NCBI GenBank assembly: GCA_963794325.1
Contig: CAWCDG010000006.1
Coordinates: 83,179 to 147,178 of the forward strand
Reading direction: 5' to 3'
DNA from: an uncultured delta proteobacterium
GTDB lineage: Bacteria; Desulfobacterota; Binatia; Binatales; Binataceae
DNA: 64,000 nt
This document shows positions 36,119 to 46,504 of the stretch, piece by piece. The position numbers and the translations under genes are program-made. The notes under the pieces are model-generated. The model saw only the letters and a program-made list of their open reading frames with translations, had not been told where the DNA came from and searched no databases. Numbering within the stretch: position 1 is the first letter of the stretch; every line of letters starts with the position of its first letter.

Positions 36119-36802
36119 ATGGCTCAGCGACGCACAACTGTTCGCAATCTCAACCGCACGCGCGAGAAGATCCTCGCCGCGGCGCTGGTTGAATTTTCGG
36201 CGCGCGGATTTGCCGGGGCGAGGGTCGATGCGATTGCGCGGCGGGCGCGCGTCAACAAGCGAATGCTCTATTACTGCTTCGGGGCGAAGCAGGACCTGTA
36301 TCGCGAAATACTGCGGCGCAAAATCGCCGAGCGGAGCGAATGGCTCGAGTCGGCGCCCGACGACTTCGCCGGTGTGCTCGCGCACATCTATCTGTCCGGC
36401 GGAACGGATATCGAGTTCGTGCGCCTTATGGAATGGGAGGCGATCGACAGCGGCGGCAGAAAGTGTATCGCGGAGACTGAGCGTCGCGCGCTGTTTGAAA
36501 AGGCGGTCGCCCGGCTGCGCGTGCTGCAGCGCAGAGGATCGATTCCGCGAGGCGTCGATCTGACTCAGCTTTTTATTTCGATGCTGTCGCTGGCGCTGTT
36601 CCCGATGGTAATGCCTCAAATCATCCGACTGATTCACGGCATGGAGCCGACCGACCCGCGGTTCATGCGTCAGCGCGCGGAATTTTTGCGCTGGCTCGGA
36701 GATCGGCTGGCTAAAGGAGATCGGCTGGCTAAACCTGTGAAGGCTTCGCGGAGCCGGCCGCGTCGCGGCGAATTATCCGCAAGGATCGATCAACTCGCAT
36801 GA
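36119..36802 (+). CDS. TetR-family transcriptional regulator
   Basis: ILAAA..EF…GFAGARVDAIA…VNKRMLYY.FG.K..LY. Confidence 0.93.
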   Translation: MAQRRTTVRNLNRTREKILAAALVEFSARGFAGARVDAIARRARVNKRMLYYCFGAKQDLYREILRRKIAERSEWLESAPDDFAGVLAHIYLSGGTDIEFVRLMEWEAIDSGGRKCIAETERRALFEKAVARLRVLQRRGSIPRGVDLTQLFISMLSLALFPMVMPQIIRLIHGMEPTDPRFMRQRAEFLRWLGDRLAKGDRLAKPVKASRSRPRRGELSARIDQLA

Positions 36803-37791
36803 ACAGACGAATCGTCATGCTGGTTGTGGTCGTGATCGTTGGGGTCGGCGCATGGGCGGGTTACTCGCATTATTTCGAAGACGGGGTCCCGACCGACAAT
36901 CTACTGGTTTCCGGCAATATCGAAGCGCACGAAAGTGTCGTCAGCTTCAAGGCGGTGCAGTCGCGGGTAGTCGAATTGCCGTTCGACGAAGGGCAGTGGG
37001 TGAAGGCCGGCACGCTGTTGGCGCGGCTCGACGACAGCGATTATCGGCAGCAGGTAGCGATCAACGAAGCCGCGCTGCACGTGCAGGAACAGCAGTTGGC
37101 GTCGGCGATGCAGAAGCTCGAGGCGGCGCGATCGACGGTCACCAACGACGAGGCCGACCTCGCGCAGAAAAAGATCGACTACGCCCGTAATCAGAAGCTG
37201 TGGGTCGAAAAAATTATCTCGGGCGATCAACGCGACCATACTGACACCGCGCTGAAGGAATCGAATGCGGGGATGCAGCGCGACCTCGCGATGGCGCGCG
37301 GTGCGCAACAGGATATCGAAGTCGCCAAGGCGAGTATCCGCAACGCGAGCGAAAATCTCGAGCTGGCGAAAATCATGCTCGGCTACACCACGCTGCGCGC
37401 GCCGTTCTCGGGCGTGATCCTCACCCGTCAGACCGAGCTCGGCGAAGTGATGCAGCCGGGGACGCCGGTGGTCACGCTCGCGGACCTGGATCACGTTTGG
37501 CTGCGCGCATACGTGGCGGAAACCGATCTCGGGAGAATCCGATGGGGCCAGGCGGCGACGGTCCATACCGACACTTATCCCGACCGCGCGTATCCGGGGC
37601 AGATTTCATTTATCTCGTCGGAGGCGGAGTTCACGCCGAAGAGCGTCGAGACGCACAAAGAGCGCGTGACGCTGGTCTATCGAATCAAGATCGACGTTGC
37701 AAATCCGCATCACGAACTCAAGCCGGGGATGCCGGCGGACGCGACAATTCACCTCGGCGCTCCGGTGCAGAGCGGCAACAGTCGTGGATGA
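36799..37791 (+). CDS. HlyD-family membrane fusion protein (YbhG-like)
   Basis: SGNIEA, LRAPFSG, AEFTPK.VET..ER.LVYR and LKPGMP. Confidence 0.92.
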   Translation: MNRRIVMLVVVVIVGVGAWAGYSHYFEDGVPTDNLLVSGNIEAHESVVSFKAVQSRVVELPFDEGQWVKAGTLLARLDDSDYRQQVAINEAALHVQEQQLASAMQKLEAARSTVTNDEADLAQKKIDYARNQKLWVEKIISGDQRDHTDTALKESNAGMQRDLAMARGAQQDIEVAKASIRNASENLELAKIMLGYTTLRAPFSGVILTRQTELGEVMQPGTPVVTLADLDHVWLRAYVAETDLGRIRWGQAATVHTDTYPDRAYPGQISFISSEAEFTPKSVETHKERVTLVYRIKIDVANPHHELKPGMPADATIHLGAPVQSGNSRG

Positions 37792-38725
37792 GAAGACGGT
37801 CATCGTCCGCGATCTGGTCAAGGATTTTCCGGGCGTTCGCGCGATCGACCACCTGAGCTTTGAGGTCGCACCGGGCGAAATATTTGGGATCGTCGGACCC
37901 GACGGCGCGGGCAAAACCACGACCATGCGGATCCTTGCAGGAGTGCTGGCGCCTGACGCGGGCGCGGCGACGGTCGCGGGATGCGACGTGGTTGGCGACC
38001 CTGAAGGGGTCAAGCATCTGATCAGCTATATGCCGCAGCGCTTCGGACTCTACGAAGATCTGACGGTGGACGAGAACATCCGATTTTACGCCGATCTGTT
38101 CGGCGTTCGCAGACGGGACCGGGAGCCGCGCGCCGCGGAACTGCTGAAAGCATGCGGCATGAGCGAGTTTCGTGCGCGTCAGGCCGGCAAGCTCTCCGGC
38201 GGAATGAAGCAGAAGCTGGGCCTGGTCTGCGCGTTGATACATACGCCGCGCGTATTGTTGCTCGACGAGCCGACCAACGGAGTCGATCCGGTATCGCGAC
38301 GCGAATTCTGGGCGATGCTTTATTCGCTGGTCGGCCAGGGCGTCACGGTGGTCAATTCGACGGCGTATCTCGACGAGGCCGAGCGATGCCATCGCGTCGC
38401 GCTGCTCCATCAGGGGCGGCTGCTTTTTTGCGATTCCCCTGCGCGTCTCAAGTCGCGGCTAAAGGGATCGGTGGTATCGATCGTGTCGTCGGAGGCGCGG
38501 CGCGTGCGCGACGAACTCGCTGCGGCCGAGGGTGTTTCGAGTTTGGTGCTGGTCGGCGATGCGGTTCATTTGTTTGTCGATGACGCCGAGCGGCGAATCC
38601 CTGATCTCAGTGCACGGTTGAAGGGGCGGGAGATTCCGTTTGATGAGATCGTCCGTGTGACACCGAGCATTGAAGATCTTTTTGTTGAGGCGGTGCGCAG
38701 AGACTCGACGTGTGTGGCGGCATGA
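37784..38725 (+). CDS. ABC transporter ATP-binding protein (YbhF N-terminal-half-like)
   Basis: GPDGAGKTT, YMPQRFGLYEDL, LSGGMKQKL and LDEPT. Confidence 0.93.
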   Translation: MDEKTVIVRDLVKDFPGVRAIDHLSFEVAPGEIFGIVGPDGAGKTTTMRILAGVLAPDAGAATVAGCDVVGDPEGVKHLISYMPQRFGLYEDLTVDENIRFYADLFGVRRRDREPRAAELLKACGMSEFRARQAGKLSGGMKQKLGLVCALIHTPRVLLLDEPTNGVDPVSRREFWAMLYSLVGQGVTVVNSTAYLDEAERCHRVALLHQGRLLFCDSPARLKSRLKGSVVSIVSSEARRVRDELAAAEGVSSLVLVGDAVHLFVDDAERRIPDLSARLKGREIPFDEIVRVTPSIEDLFVEAVRRDSTCVAA

Positions 38726-39684
38726 TGGCTGCCAAGGGCTATTCGGTCGAGGTTGAGAACCTGGTGAAGCGGTTTGGGGATTTTACTGCAGTGGATCGGA
38801 TTTCGTTTCAGACGCGGACTGGCGAAGTGTTTGGATTTCTCGGGCCCAACGGATCGGGGAAATCGACCACGATACGAATCCTGTGCGGATTGCTGCATCC
38901 GACGTCGGGACGTGCGACTGTCGCCGGCTACGATGTGGTCGAATCGCCGGAACTGATCCGCCGTAACATCGGATATATGTCGCAGAAGTTCTCGCTCTAC
39001 GCCGATCTCACGGTGCTCGAGAATTTGCGCTTCTATGCGGGGATGTACGGCGTGCCCGCGGCCGAGTCGCGCGGACGGATCGATTGGGCGCTCGAGATGG
39101 CCGGGCTGCGCGGGAGAGAGTCGAGCCTTACCGGCACTCTGGCCGGCGGTTGGAAGCAACGGCTCGCGCTCGGCTGCGCGGTTCTGCATCGGCCGCCGAT
39201 CCTGTTTCTCGACGAACCAACTTCGGGCGTCGATCCGCTCTCGCGCCGGTTGTTCTGGGAGTTGATTCAGCAGATGAGCAGCGAAGGCGTCACCGTCTTC
39301 GTCACCACGCATTACATGGACGAGGCCGAATACTGCAACCGGCTGGCGCTGATGAACGGGGGGAAACTGATCGCATTAGGGACGCCCACCGAACTCAAGC
39401 TGGGATCGATAGAGGGAGCGTTGTTGTTGCTCGAATGCGATCGGCTGGGCGACGCGATCGAGCGGGTGCGGCGTATCGAGGGGGTTCGCGACGTCGCAGT
39501 GTTCGGCAACGCGCTGCATATCGTGGTAGCCGACGTGGTCAATGCGCCGGCGCTTCGCGCCGCGCTGGAAGCCGACGGAATCGCAGTAGAGAGCCTGAAA
39601 GTCATTCGTCCGAGCCTGGAAGATGCGTTCGTCGCATTGACTACACGAGACCGCGATCGCGCCGTGCAGGAGTTGTCGCCGTGA
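38722..39684 (+). CDS. ABC transporter ATP-binding protein (YbhF C-terminal-half-like)
   Basis: GPNGSGKST, YMSQKFSLY, LDEPTSGVDP and TTHYMDEAE. Confidence 0.93.
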   Translation: MMAAKGYSVEVENLVKRFGDFTAVDRISFQTRTGEVFGFLGPNGSGKSTTIRILCGLLHPTSGRATVAGYDVVESPELIRRNIGYMSQKFSLYADLTVLENLRFYAGMYGVPAAESRGRIDWALEMAGLRGRESSLTGTLAGGWKQRLALGCAVLHRPPILFLDEPTSGVDPLSRRLFWELIQQMSSEGVTVFVTTHYMDEAEYCNRLALMNGGKLIALGTPTELKLGSIEGALLLLECDRLGDAIERVRRIEGVRDVAVFGNALHIVVADVVNAPALRAALEADGIAVESLKVIRPSLEDAFVALTTRDRDRAVQELSP

Positions 39685-40814
39685 ATTTGCGCCGACTGCT
39701 CGCCATCTCGCGCAAGGAAGTATTCCAGGTGCTGCGCGATTCACGCAGCCTGCTGATCGTTCTGCTGATGCCGCTGATGCTCATGTCGGTGCTGGGTTAC
39801 GGGGTCAATCTCGACACCAAGCACATCAGGGTGTTCGCGTTCGATCAGGAAGGGAGCCAGGCGAGCCAGGATCTCCTCAAGCGCTTTCAGTCTTCCGAGT
39901 ATTTCGATCTGGCCGCCACGGTCACCGACTATCGTGCCCTTGCGAGCGCGCTCGACGATGGCCGATGTCAGCTCGCGATTGTCATTCCGTACGACTTTTC
40001 CGCGCGCCTGCATGACGGACGGCCGGTGAACATACAAGCGCTGGTTGACGGATCCGACAACAACACCGCTGAGCTCGCGATCGGATATGCGCAAGGCGTG
40101 ATCGCCTCTTATGGCGCTGTCGTTCAGGCCGAGTATCTGCGCAAGTCCCACGCGCCCAGTGTGAATCCAGTACTGTCGGTCGAAACCCGCACCTGGTTCA
40201 ACGAGGATCTCGAAAGCAAAAACTTCATCGTACCGGGGGTCGCCGCGATCGTGATGGCGGTGGTCGGAGTGCTGCTCACCTCGCTGACCGTCGCGCGCGA
40301 ATGGGAACGCGGCACCATGGAGCAACTGATTTCGACTCCCGTGACTTCGCTGGAGATCATCATCGGCAAGCTGCTCCCCTACTTCGCGCTCGGCATGTTC
40401 GATACGGCGGTGTGCGCGGCGATCGCGGTCTGGTGGTTCGAGGTTCCATTTCGCGGTTCGCTGATCGCGCTGTCGGTCGGATCAGGAATTTACCTGATCG
40501 CAATTCTGGGGCTCGGATTCTGGATCTCGGTCGCCACGAAGCAACAACTCGCCGCGAGCCAGATTGGTTTAGTGACTGCCTTTCTTCCGTCATTCCTGCT
40601 GTCGGGATTCACTTTCCCGATCAACCAGATGCCTCTTGGCGTGCAGCCTTTCACCTACCTAATCGCGGCGCGTTACTACATCGTCATTCTCAAGAGTGTA
40701 TTTCTGCGAGGCACCGGTCTCGGCTTTCTCGCCGGGCCTTTGATTGCACTCGTCATCTATGCGTCGGCCATGGTGTTCCTGGCAAAACGATCGTTTCACA
40801 AGTCGCTGGGGTGA
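39681..40814 (+). CDS. ABC-2 permease (YbhS-like)
   Basis: RKE…RD.RS, AREWERGTMEQL.STP and LLSGF.FPI; GTG start. Confidence 0.92.
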   Translation: MNLRRLLAISRKEVFQVLRDSRSLLIVLLMPLMLMSVLGYGVNLDTKHIRVFAFDQEGSQASQDLLKRFQSSEYFDLAATVTDYRALASALDDGRCQLAIVIPYDFSARLHDGRPVNIQALVDGSDNNTAELAIGYAQGVIASYGAVVQAEYLRKSHAPSVNPVLSVETRTWFNEDLESKNFIVPGVAAIVMAVVGVLLTSLTVAREWERGTMEQLISTPVTSLEIIIGKLLPYFALGMFDTAVCAAIAVWWFEVPFRGSLIALSVGSGIYLIAILGLGFWISVATKQQLAASQIGLVTAFLPSFLLSGFTFPINQMPLGVQPFTYLIAARYYIVILKSVFLRGTGLGFLAGPLIALVIYASAMVFLAKRSFHKSLG

Positions 40815-40824
40815 GGAAACTGAC

Positions 40825-41958
40825 GTGATCGAACGGCTGCGCCAGATGCTCCTCAAGGAGTTCATTCATCTCTTTCGCGACAAGCAGGCCCGATTTTCGC
40901 TACTCGTGCCGCCGCTGTTGCAGATGCTGATATTCGGGTACGCAGCGGGCTACGAAGTGAATCGGGTTTCGACCGCGGTCCTCGACCTGGATCACAGCCA
41001 GGAGAGTCGCGAGTTTCTGGAGCGCTTCAGCGCGAGCAGCCGCTTCCAGATGCGCGATGTTCTGCAAAATGAATCGCAAATCCAATCGCTGCTTGATCAT
41101 CGGCGCGTGGTACTCGTAATTCAGATTCAGCCGGGCTTCGCCGAGTTGCTGCGCAAGGGCGATACCGCACCGGTACAGGCCGTGCTCGACGGCACCGATT
41201 CGAACACGGCGTTAATCGCGGTCGGATACATCAATCAGATCGCGGCGCGATTTGCCCAGGACTATCAATTGCAACTCGCAGAACGGATGAAACCGACGCT
41301 GGCGACCTTCGCACCGAGCATCACGATCCAGCAGCGTCCGTGGTACAACGCCAACCTCGAGAGCCGATGGTTTTTCGTGCCCGGGGTGATCGGAACCCTG
41401 GTCCTGGTGTCGGTGATGACGCTGACGTCGTTCGCCGTGGTGCGAGAGCGCGAGATCGGCACGCTCGAACAATTGATGGTCACGCCGATCAGCCCGACCG
41501 AATTGATCGTCGGCAAGACCCTGCCGTTTTTGCTGGTTGGTCTTGGCAACGTGGTGTTTGTGGGAATCCTCGGGAGCTTGTGGTTTGAGGTTCCGTTTCG
41601 CGGGAATGTTTTCGTTCTGCTGCTCGGCACGACGCTGTTCCTGTCGAGCGCGCTCGGCGTCGGCCTGCTGATTTCCACGGTCTGCCAGACCCAACAGCAG
41701 GCTTTTGCGATCTCGTTCTTTTACATCACGCCGGCGATCATGCTGTCCGGCTTTGGCTATCCGATCAGCAGCATGCCGACGGCGCTGCAATGGTTTACCC
41801 ATCTCGACGCGCTGCGCTTCTATCTTGTCGTGCTACGCGGGACGTTCATCAAAGGGGTCGGACTGAACGTGCTATGGCCGCAGATGATTGCGATGGCGAT
41901 CCTCGGAGCGGGGACCCTCACACTCGCAACGCTAAGATTCCACAAGACCCTCGACTGA
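40825..41958 (+). CDS. ABC-2 permease (YbhR-like)
   Basis: KEF..LFRD, VREREIGTLEQL.VTP and LSGF..PI. Confidence 0.92.
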   Translation: MIERLRQMLLKEFIHLFRDKQARFSLLVPPLLQMLIFGYAAGYEVNRVSTAVLDLDHSQESREFLERFSASSRFQMRDVLQNESQIQSLLDHRRVVLVIQIQPGFAELLRKGDTAPVQAVLDGTDSNTALIAVGYINQIAARFAQDYQLQLAERMKPTLATFAPSITIQQRPWYNANLESRWFFVPGVIGTLVLVSVMTLTSFAVVREREIGTLEQLMVTPISPTELIVGKTLPFLLVGLGNVVFVGILGSLWFEVPFRGNVFVLLLGTTLFLSSALGVGLLISTVCQTQQQAFAISFFYITPAIMLSGFGYPISSMPTALQWFTHLDALRFYLVVLRGTFIKGVGLNVLWPQMIAMAILGAGTLTLATLRFHKTLD

Positions 41959-41961
41959 CCT

Positions 41962-44229
41962 TCACATAGGCGGTCGGGCAGGAGGCGGCTGGCCGTTGGC
42001 GACGGTCGTCTGATCGGCATTCTTAACGCCGAACTTTCTGATCACCTGCGCGAGTTTCGCGGGCGTCGCGACGGGAGTGGAGCACGCAGTTCCCGCGCAT
42101 ACGAAAGCAAGCGGAGCATTCTTCGCCGCGCTCGATTCGAACATCGCGCGCGCCGCCGCCGGCATCGCGCTACGATTTGATCCGATCCGCATCACGACTT
42201 TTCCTGGACGATAACTTGCGAGCGCCATTCTCCACAAAGCTGCGGCGCGCGCGTCGCCAGGGCCCCCGCCCGCAATCGCGATCGTGGCCTGGCCGTTTGC
42301 GCGATAATCCAGCGCAAGTCCCGTCGTCGCGACCACGGTGCTCAGCATCGATCCCGCCATCGCGGGCGCACTCGCCATCATTTCGTTTGCGGTCTTCGAA
42401 TAATTGTCGTCGCCGGTGATCAGTGCGAGCTTCACTGCCGCAATCGCCATCGTCGCTTGCACTGACGGCGTCGGCATATCGAAGAACACCTGCGCGCTCG
42501 CCGACGATTGTCCAATCACGGTGCTCGCATCCTCGGAGTCGCGGTTGATCAACAAGTTCGAGCCGTCGGCGCGGAAATTCTTCACGATGTTCGCAGCGAG
42601 ATTGCGCGCCTCGGCGAGATATTTCTCATCGGCTGAGAATTGATAAGCGTCGACGAGCGCATTGAGCAGGTAAACCTGGTCACTGGCGAGACCGGGCACC
42701 TGCGCGCGTCCTTCGGACCAGACGTGGAAAAAACTACCGTCGGGCGCGCGCATATGCGCGAGGATGAAATCCAGATCGTCGAGAGCGGTGCGTTGAAGAC
42801 TCGAGTCATCAAGCGCTGCGGACGCCGTCAGATACGCGTCTGCCATCAGCGCGTTCCGATCGGTCATCACTGCGTGATCGACCGGTGGTGATTTGCGACG
42901 AGCACGCACCGCGAGCATCGCGTCAGATGCTTTGGCGATTTTCTCGCGCGCCACTTCCACCGGGATCTTCAGCTTGGCGGCCAGTTGATCGGGGGTCATC
43001 GCGCGTCTCAGCACGATTCGTCCGTCGGGCGATCGCGCGGGTGCGTTTTCCATTCCGTAAAATAATATCGCGATGCGCGCGTCGTCAGGCGGCAGCGCAC
43101 GCTTCACTTCCGCGACAGTCCACGTGTAGTAGCTGCCGTCGTCGCCCTTGAACGAATCGGCGTCCTGATGCGAGTAGAAGGCGTGCGTCTTTGGGTCGAG
43201 CAGTTCGCGATTCACGTACGCGACGAGCAATTTCGCGACCCGTGCGAAGTCCGGGTCACCACTCGCTTCGTACGCGTCGCTGTAGGCGTGCAAGGCCATC
43301 GCGTTGTCGTAGCCGAGCTTTTCGAAATGCGGGACGCGCCAATGCGGGTCCGTCGAGTAGCGATGAAATCCGCCGCCAAGTTGATCGAGCACCCCGCCGG
43401 CGGCGATTTTCTTCAGGGTGTCGAGCGCCATCGCGGTGTATTCGGGATGCTGGTAAAAGCCATGCGCGAGTGCGAGCTCGAGCGCGGGGAAATCGTAAAA
43501 TCGCGGGCCGGGTCCCGATGAGAATCCGCCGGACTCGCGATCGTACGACGCCGCCAGTCCGGCGAGAATTTGTGCGCGCAGGCCTTCGAGTCCTCCTTGT
43601 ACCACTGCGTTCTGACTCGACGCGGATTTGATCTTCGCCGCAGTTGCCTCCGCCTCTTTTTCGAGTCCGACACGATCTGACGCGTACACCTGCGAGATTT
43701 TTTTCAGCAGCGGAAGCATCGACGAGTTTTCTCCGCCGCTGCCGTTCGGTCGGCTGCCGGGCCGCGGTGGCAGGTAACCCGCCGCGAAGAACAGCGCGCC
43801 ATCGGGTGTGGTGAAGCAGGTCAGCGGCCATCCGCCGGCGCCGGTCAGTTGCGCGGCCGCATTCTGATAGTAGTCGTCGAGGTCGGGACGCTCGTCGGTA
43901 TCGACCTTCACCGGCACGAAGTCGCCGTTCAGCGCGGCCGTAACTTCGGGGTCGGCGTAGGTTGTCGCGTCCATCACGTGGCACCAGTGACACCACACCG
44001 CGCCGATGTCGATCATGATTGGACGATTCAGCGACCGCGCCAGCGCGAGTGTCCGGGGATTCCAGGGCTGCCATCGAATCGCACTCGACGACGCCTCGCG
44101 CAGGTACATGCTGGGCGCGGACTTGAGTGCGCCGGCGGGAAGCGCATTCGCAGAATCAACCGCAAAACCGGCACGCGAACTCAAGATGCAAACGATCGCG
44201 ATTGTTGCAAGAATTGTTCGCGTTGACAT
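41962..44229 (-). CDS. Thioredoxin-domain / six-hairpin glycosidase-like protein (YyaL/SSP411, DUF255)
   Basis: S.YL…I.WQPW, WCHWCHVM, KVD.DERPD.D, GGWPLT and GGGFHRYS.D..W.VPHFEK. Confidence 0.92.
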   Translation of the reverse strand: MSTRTILATIAIVCILSSRAGFAVDSANALPAGALKSAPSMYLREASSSAIRWQPWNPRTLALARSLNRPIMIDIGAVWCHWCHVMDATTYADPEVTAALNGDFVPVKVDTDERPDLDDYYQNAAAQLTGAGGWPLTCFTTPDGALFFAAGYLPPRPGSRPNGSGGENSSMLPLLKKISQVYASDRVGLEKEAEATAAKIKSASSQNAVVQGGLEGLRAQILAGLAASYDRESGGFSSGPGPRFYDFPALELALAHGFYQHPEYTAMALDTLKKIAAGGVLDQLGGGFHRYSTDPHWRVPHFEKLGYDNAMALHAYSDAYEASGDPDFARVAKLLVAYVNRELLDPKTHAFYSHQDADSFKGDDGSYYTWTVAEVKRALPPDDARIAILFYGMENAPARSPDGRIVLRRAMTPDQLAAKLKIPVEVAREKIAKASDAMLAVRARRKSPPVDHAVMTDRNALMADAYLTASAALDDSSLQRTALDDLDFILAHMRAPDGSFFHVWSEGRAQVPGLASDQVYLLNALVDAYQFSADEKYLAEARNLAANIVKNFRADGSNLLINRDSEDASTVIGQSSASAQVFFDMPTPSVQATMAIAAVKLALITGDDNYSKTANEMMASAPAMAGSMLSTVVATTGLALDYRANGQATIAIAGGGPGDARAAALWRMALASYRPGKVVMRIGSNRSAMPAAARAMFESSAAKNAPLAFVCAGTACSTPVATPAKLAQVIRKFGVKNADQTTVANGQPPPARPPM

Positions 44230-44266
44230 CCGCCAAGTTGCGCGATAGCTGGACATTGATAAACGC

Positions 44267-44875
44267 ATGAACGCAAGACCAGCAACGCGGCGCCGTCCGC
44301 CCCGAACGCACAACCGGCCGGCGAAAGTCATCCGGATGCCAACTCCCAGAGTGGTACGCCGGCGCCGTGCGATCAAGGCGGGAATTGGATTGCTGGTAAT
44401 CTCGCTGGTCGCGGCAATAATCGCGCGCTACTACTTGACGCACTCCGCGCCGCCGTCGCCCGAGAAGGTATCGGGTCTGACGGATCAGGAAACCGAAATT
44501 CTTGGGCTGGTGAACCAGCAACGAGTACGCAGCGGATTGGCACCGCTGAAATTCTCGGCGCGCCTCGCGGTAGTCGCGCGCGGTCATAGCTACGACATGG
44601 CGATGCGCCATTATCTCGCGCACAACAGTCCCGACGGGGTCGCGCCCGCGGAGCGAATCAGCGGCGTCGGTATCGGATATCGCGCGGTTGGCGAGAACAT
44701 CTATATGGACGACGGCGCCGATTCCGCGGACGTCCCGCAACGCGCGATGCAAGGTTGGCTGAAGAGCCCCGAGCATCTCGCCAATATTATTTCGAGCAAG
44801 TTCACCGAGACCGGCGTCGGGATCGCTCATTCCGCCGACGGCGGCACTTACGTCACGCAAGATTTCGTGCACTGA
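44267..44875 (+). CDS. Membrane-anchored CAP-domain protein
   Basis: LVNQQR..GL.PL, ARGHS.DM, GENI, WLKSPEH..NI and GVG. Confidence 0.9.
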   Translation: MNARPATRRRPPRTHNRPAKVIRMPTPRVVRRRRAIKAGIGLLVISLVAAIIARYYLTHSAPPSPEKVSGLTDQETEILGLVNQQRVRSGLAPLKFSARLAVVARGHSYDMAMRHYLAHNSPDGVAPAERISGVGIGYRAVGENIYMDDGADSADVPQRAMQGWLKSPEHLANIISSKFTETGVGIAHSADGGTYVTQDFVH

Positions 44876-44886
44876 CAGGCGATTCG

Positions 44887-45885
44887 ATGGACTTCGCCGA
44901 ACTTGCCGCGCTGGCCTCAGGTCATGCCGAAGCGCGCGCAATCCAGACTGCGCTCAAGCTGGGGATTTTCGACATGCTCGAGCCGGCGCCGCTCGATGAC
45001 ACCGAGCTCGCCGCCGCAATATCCGCAAATCGGCGCGCGACGGCTCTGCTAGCCAACGCGATGGTCTCACTCGATCTGCTCGACAAGCGCGCGAATCACT
45101 ACACACTCACCGACGTGTCGCGGCGCTATCTGCTCCGATCGTCTCCTGAATATCTGGGCGGCCTGATTCTGTTCGATGAAGCGATCTTTCAAATCTGGAC
45201 GAATCTCGAACAGACGATTCGCAGCGGCCTTCCCGCGCGGCCGACCGACATGTTTCAAAGCCGGCCCGCAGAGACCGAGCGGTTTATCCGCGCGATGGAC
45301 AGCCTCACTCGCGCGCGCGGCGATGCGGCGTACGTGGCGGACCGGCTCGATCTCAGCAAAGTCTCGATGGTCGCGGATCTTGGTGGCGGGCCGGGAACCT
45401 ACATCGTCGCGATGCTCCACCGATGGCCTCATCTGCGCGCCGCGATTTACGACTTGCCCGCGACGCTCGAAGTTGCGCGGAAAATTCTCGCCGAGCGCGA
45501 GCCCGCGGCGCTGGAGCGCATCGAAATGGTCCGCGTCGATTATTTGTATGACGAGATCCCGGGCCCATGCGGAGCGCTGTTCATGTCGAATATAATTCAC
45601 AGCGAAGATGAAACCGACAACGCTCAGCTGTTCCGCAAATGCTTTCGCGCGCTCGAACCGGGCGGCCTGGTGATAATCAAGGACCACATCATGAATGCCG
45701 AGCTCACGCAGCCGACGCCGGGCGCGATTTTCGCCCTCTACTTGCTTTTGACTACCCGCGGGCGCGATTATTCGTTTGACGAAGTCTCCCGATGGCTCAG
45801 CGGCGCGGGCTTCGTCGAGATCAGACACGAGGCGCTGCCAAGCCCCCCGTTTACATCCTCGATGGTGATTGCGCGCAAGCCTTGA
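44887..45885 (+). CDS. SAM-dependent O-methyltransferase (Methyltransf_2 with dimerisation domain)
   Basis: DLGGGPG, YDLP, SNIIH and LEPGG. Confidence 0.9.
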   Translation: MDFAELAALASGHAEARAIQTALKLGIFDMLEPAPLDDTELAAAISANRRATALLANAMVSLDLLDKRANHYTLTDVSRRYLLRSSPEYLGGLILFDEAIFQIWTNLEQTIRSGLPARPTDMFQSRPAETERFIRAMDSLTRARGDAAYVADRLDLSKVSMVADLGGGPGTYIVAMLHRWPHLRAAIYDLPATLEVARKILAEREPAALERIEMVRVDYLYDEIPGPCGALFMSNIIHSEDETDNAQLFRKCFRALEPGGLVIIKDHIMNAELTQPTPGAIFALYLLLTTRGRDYSFDEVSRWLSGAGFVEIRHEALPSPPFTSSMVIARKP

Positions 45886-45889
45886 ACTC

Positions 45890-46504
45890 GTGAAATTTTT
45901 TATCGTGCGTAGAGTCGCGTCGGTCGCGATCGTTATGGTGCTCGCGGCCGTGTGCTCTGGATGCGCCCTAGGGGCGGTCGGGGCGGTGACCACCATTGCT
46001 CCAGCGGTGGCGGCCGGAAGTGCCCAGCTGATCGGATCGCAGGTCGCGATGAAACAGGACAGCGGCACCGGAGCTTCCAAGGAGGAGAACGCCGACAAAT
46101 GCGATCAACTGCTGCGCGCTCCGATTGGCGTCGAGGAAGTCCGCAAGAACAAGGATGGCACGATCGAGTCGCGGCAATGGAAGATCGCGGAGACCAGCGG
46201 CGACCCGATCTGGATAGTGGTGCGCACCCCGAGCGAGAACACGAACGCGGACGCGTGGCAGCCGAAGCCAAGAATCGCCAATCTGCTTTTCACTCCACCG
46301 CTTTGGGAGATGCTCGAGCCCGGCAAGCCGGCATATCTCGCCTACGCTCCCACCGAGGTAGTCAACGTATCCGACAGCGAACAATTTGATTCGATGACCG
46401 GGGCGTTTGGGGCCGGCGTCGGAACCTTCAAGTGGCACGATCGTTCCTACACCTTCGTGCTGGTCAAGGAACTGCCCTGCTTCAAGCCGACGAAGGAGAA
46501 GTGA
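45890..46504 (+). CDS. Putative lipoprotein
   Basis: Hydrophobic N-terminus with CSGC lipobox-like motif; start uncertain. Confidence 0.65.
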   Translation: MKFFIVRRVASVAIVMVLAAVCSGCALGAVGAVTTIAPAVAAGSAQLIGSQVAMKQDSGTGASKEENADKCDQLLRAPIGVEEVRKNKDGTIESRQWKIAETSGDPIWIVVRTPSENTNADAWQPKPRIANLLFTPPLWEMLEPGKPAYLAYAPTEVVNVSDSEQFDSMTGAFGAGVGTFKWHDRSYTFVLVKELPCFKPTKEK

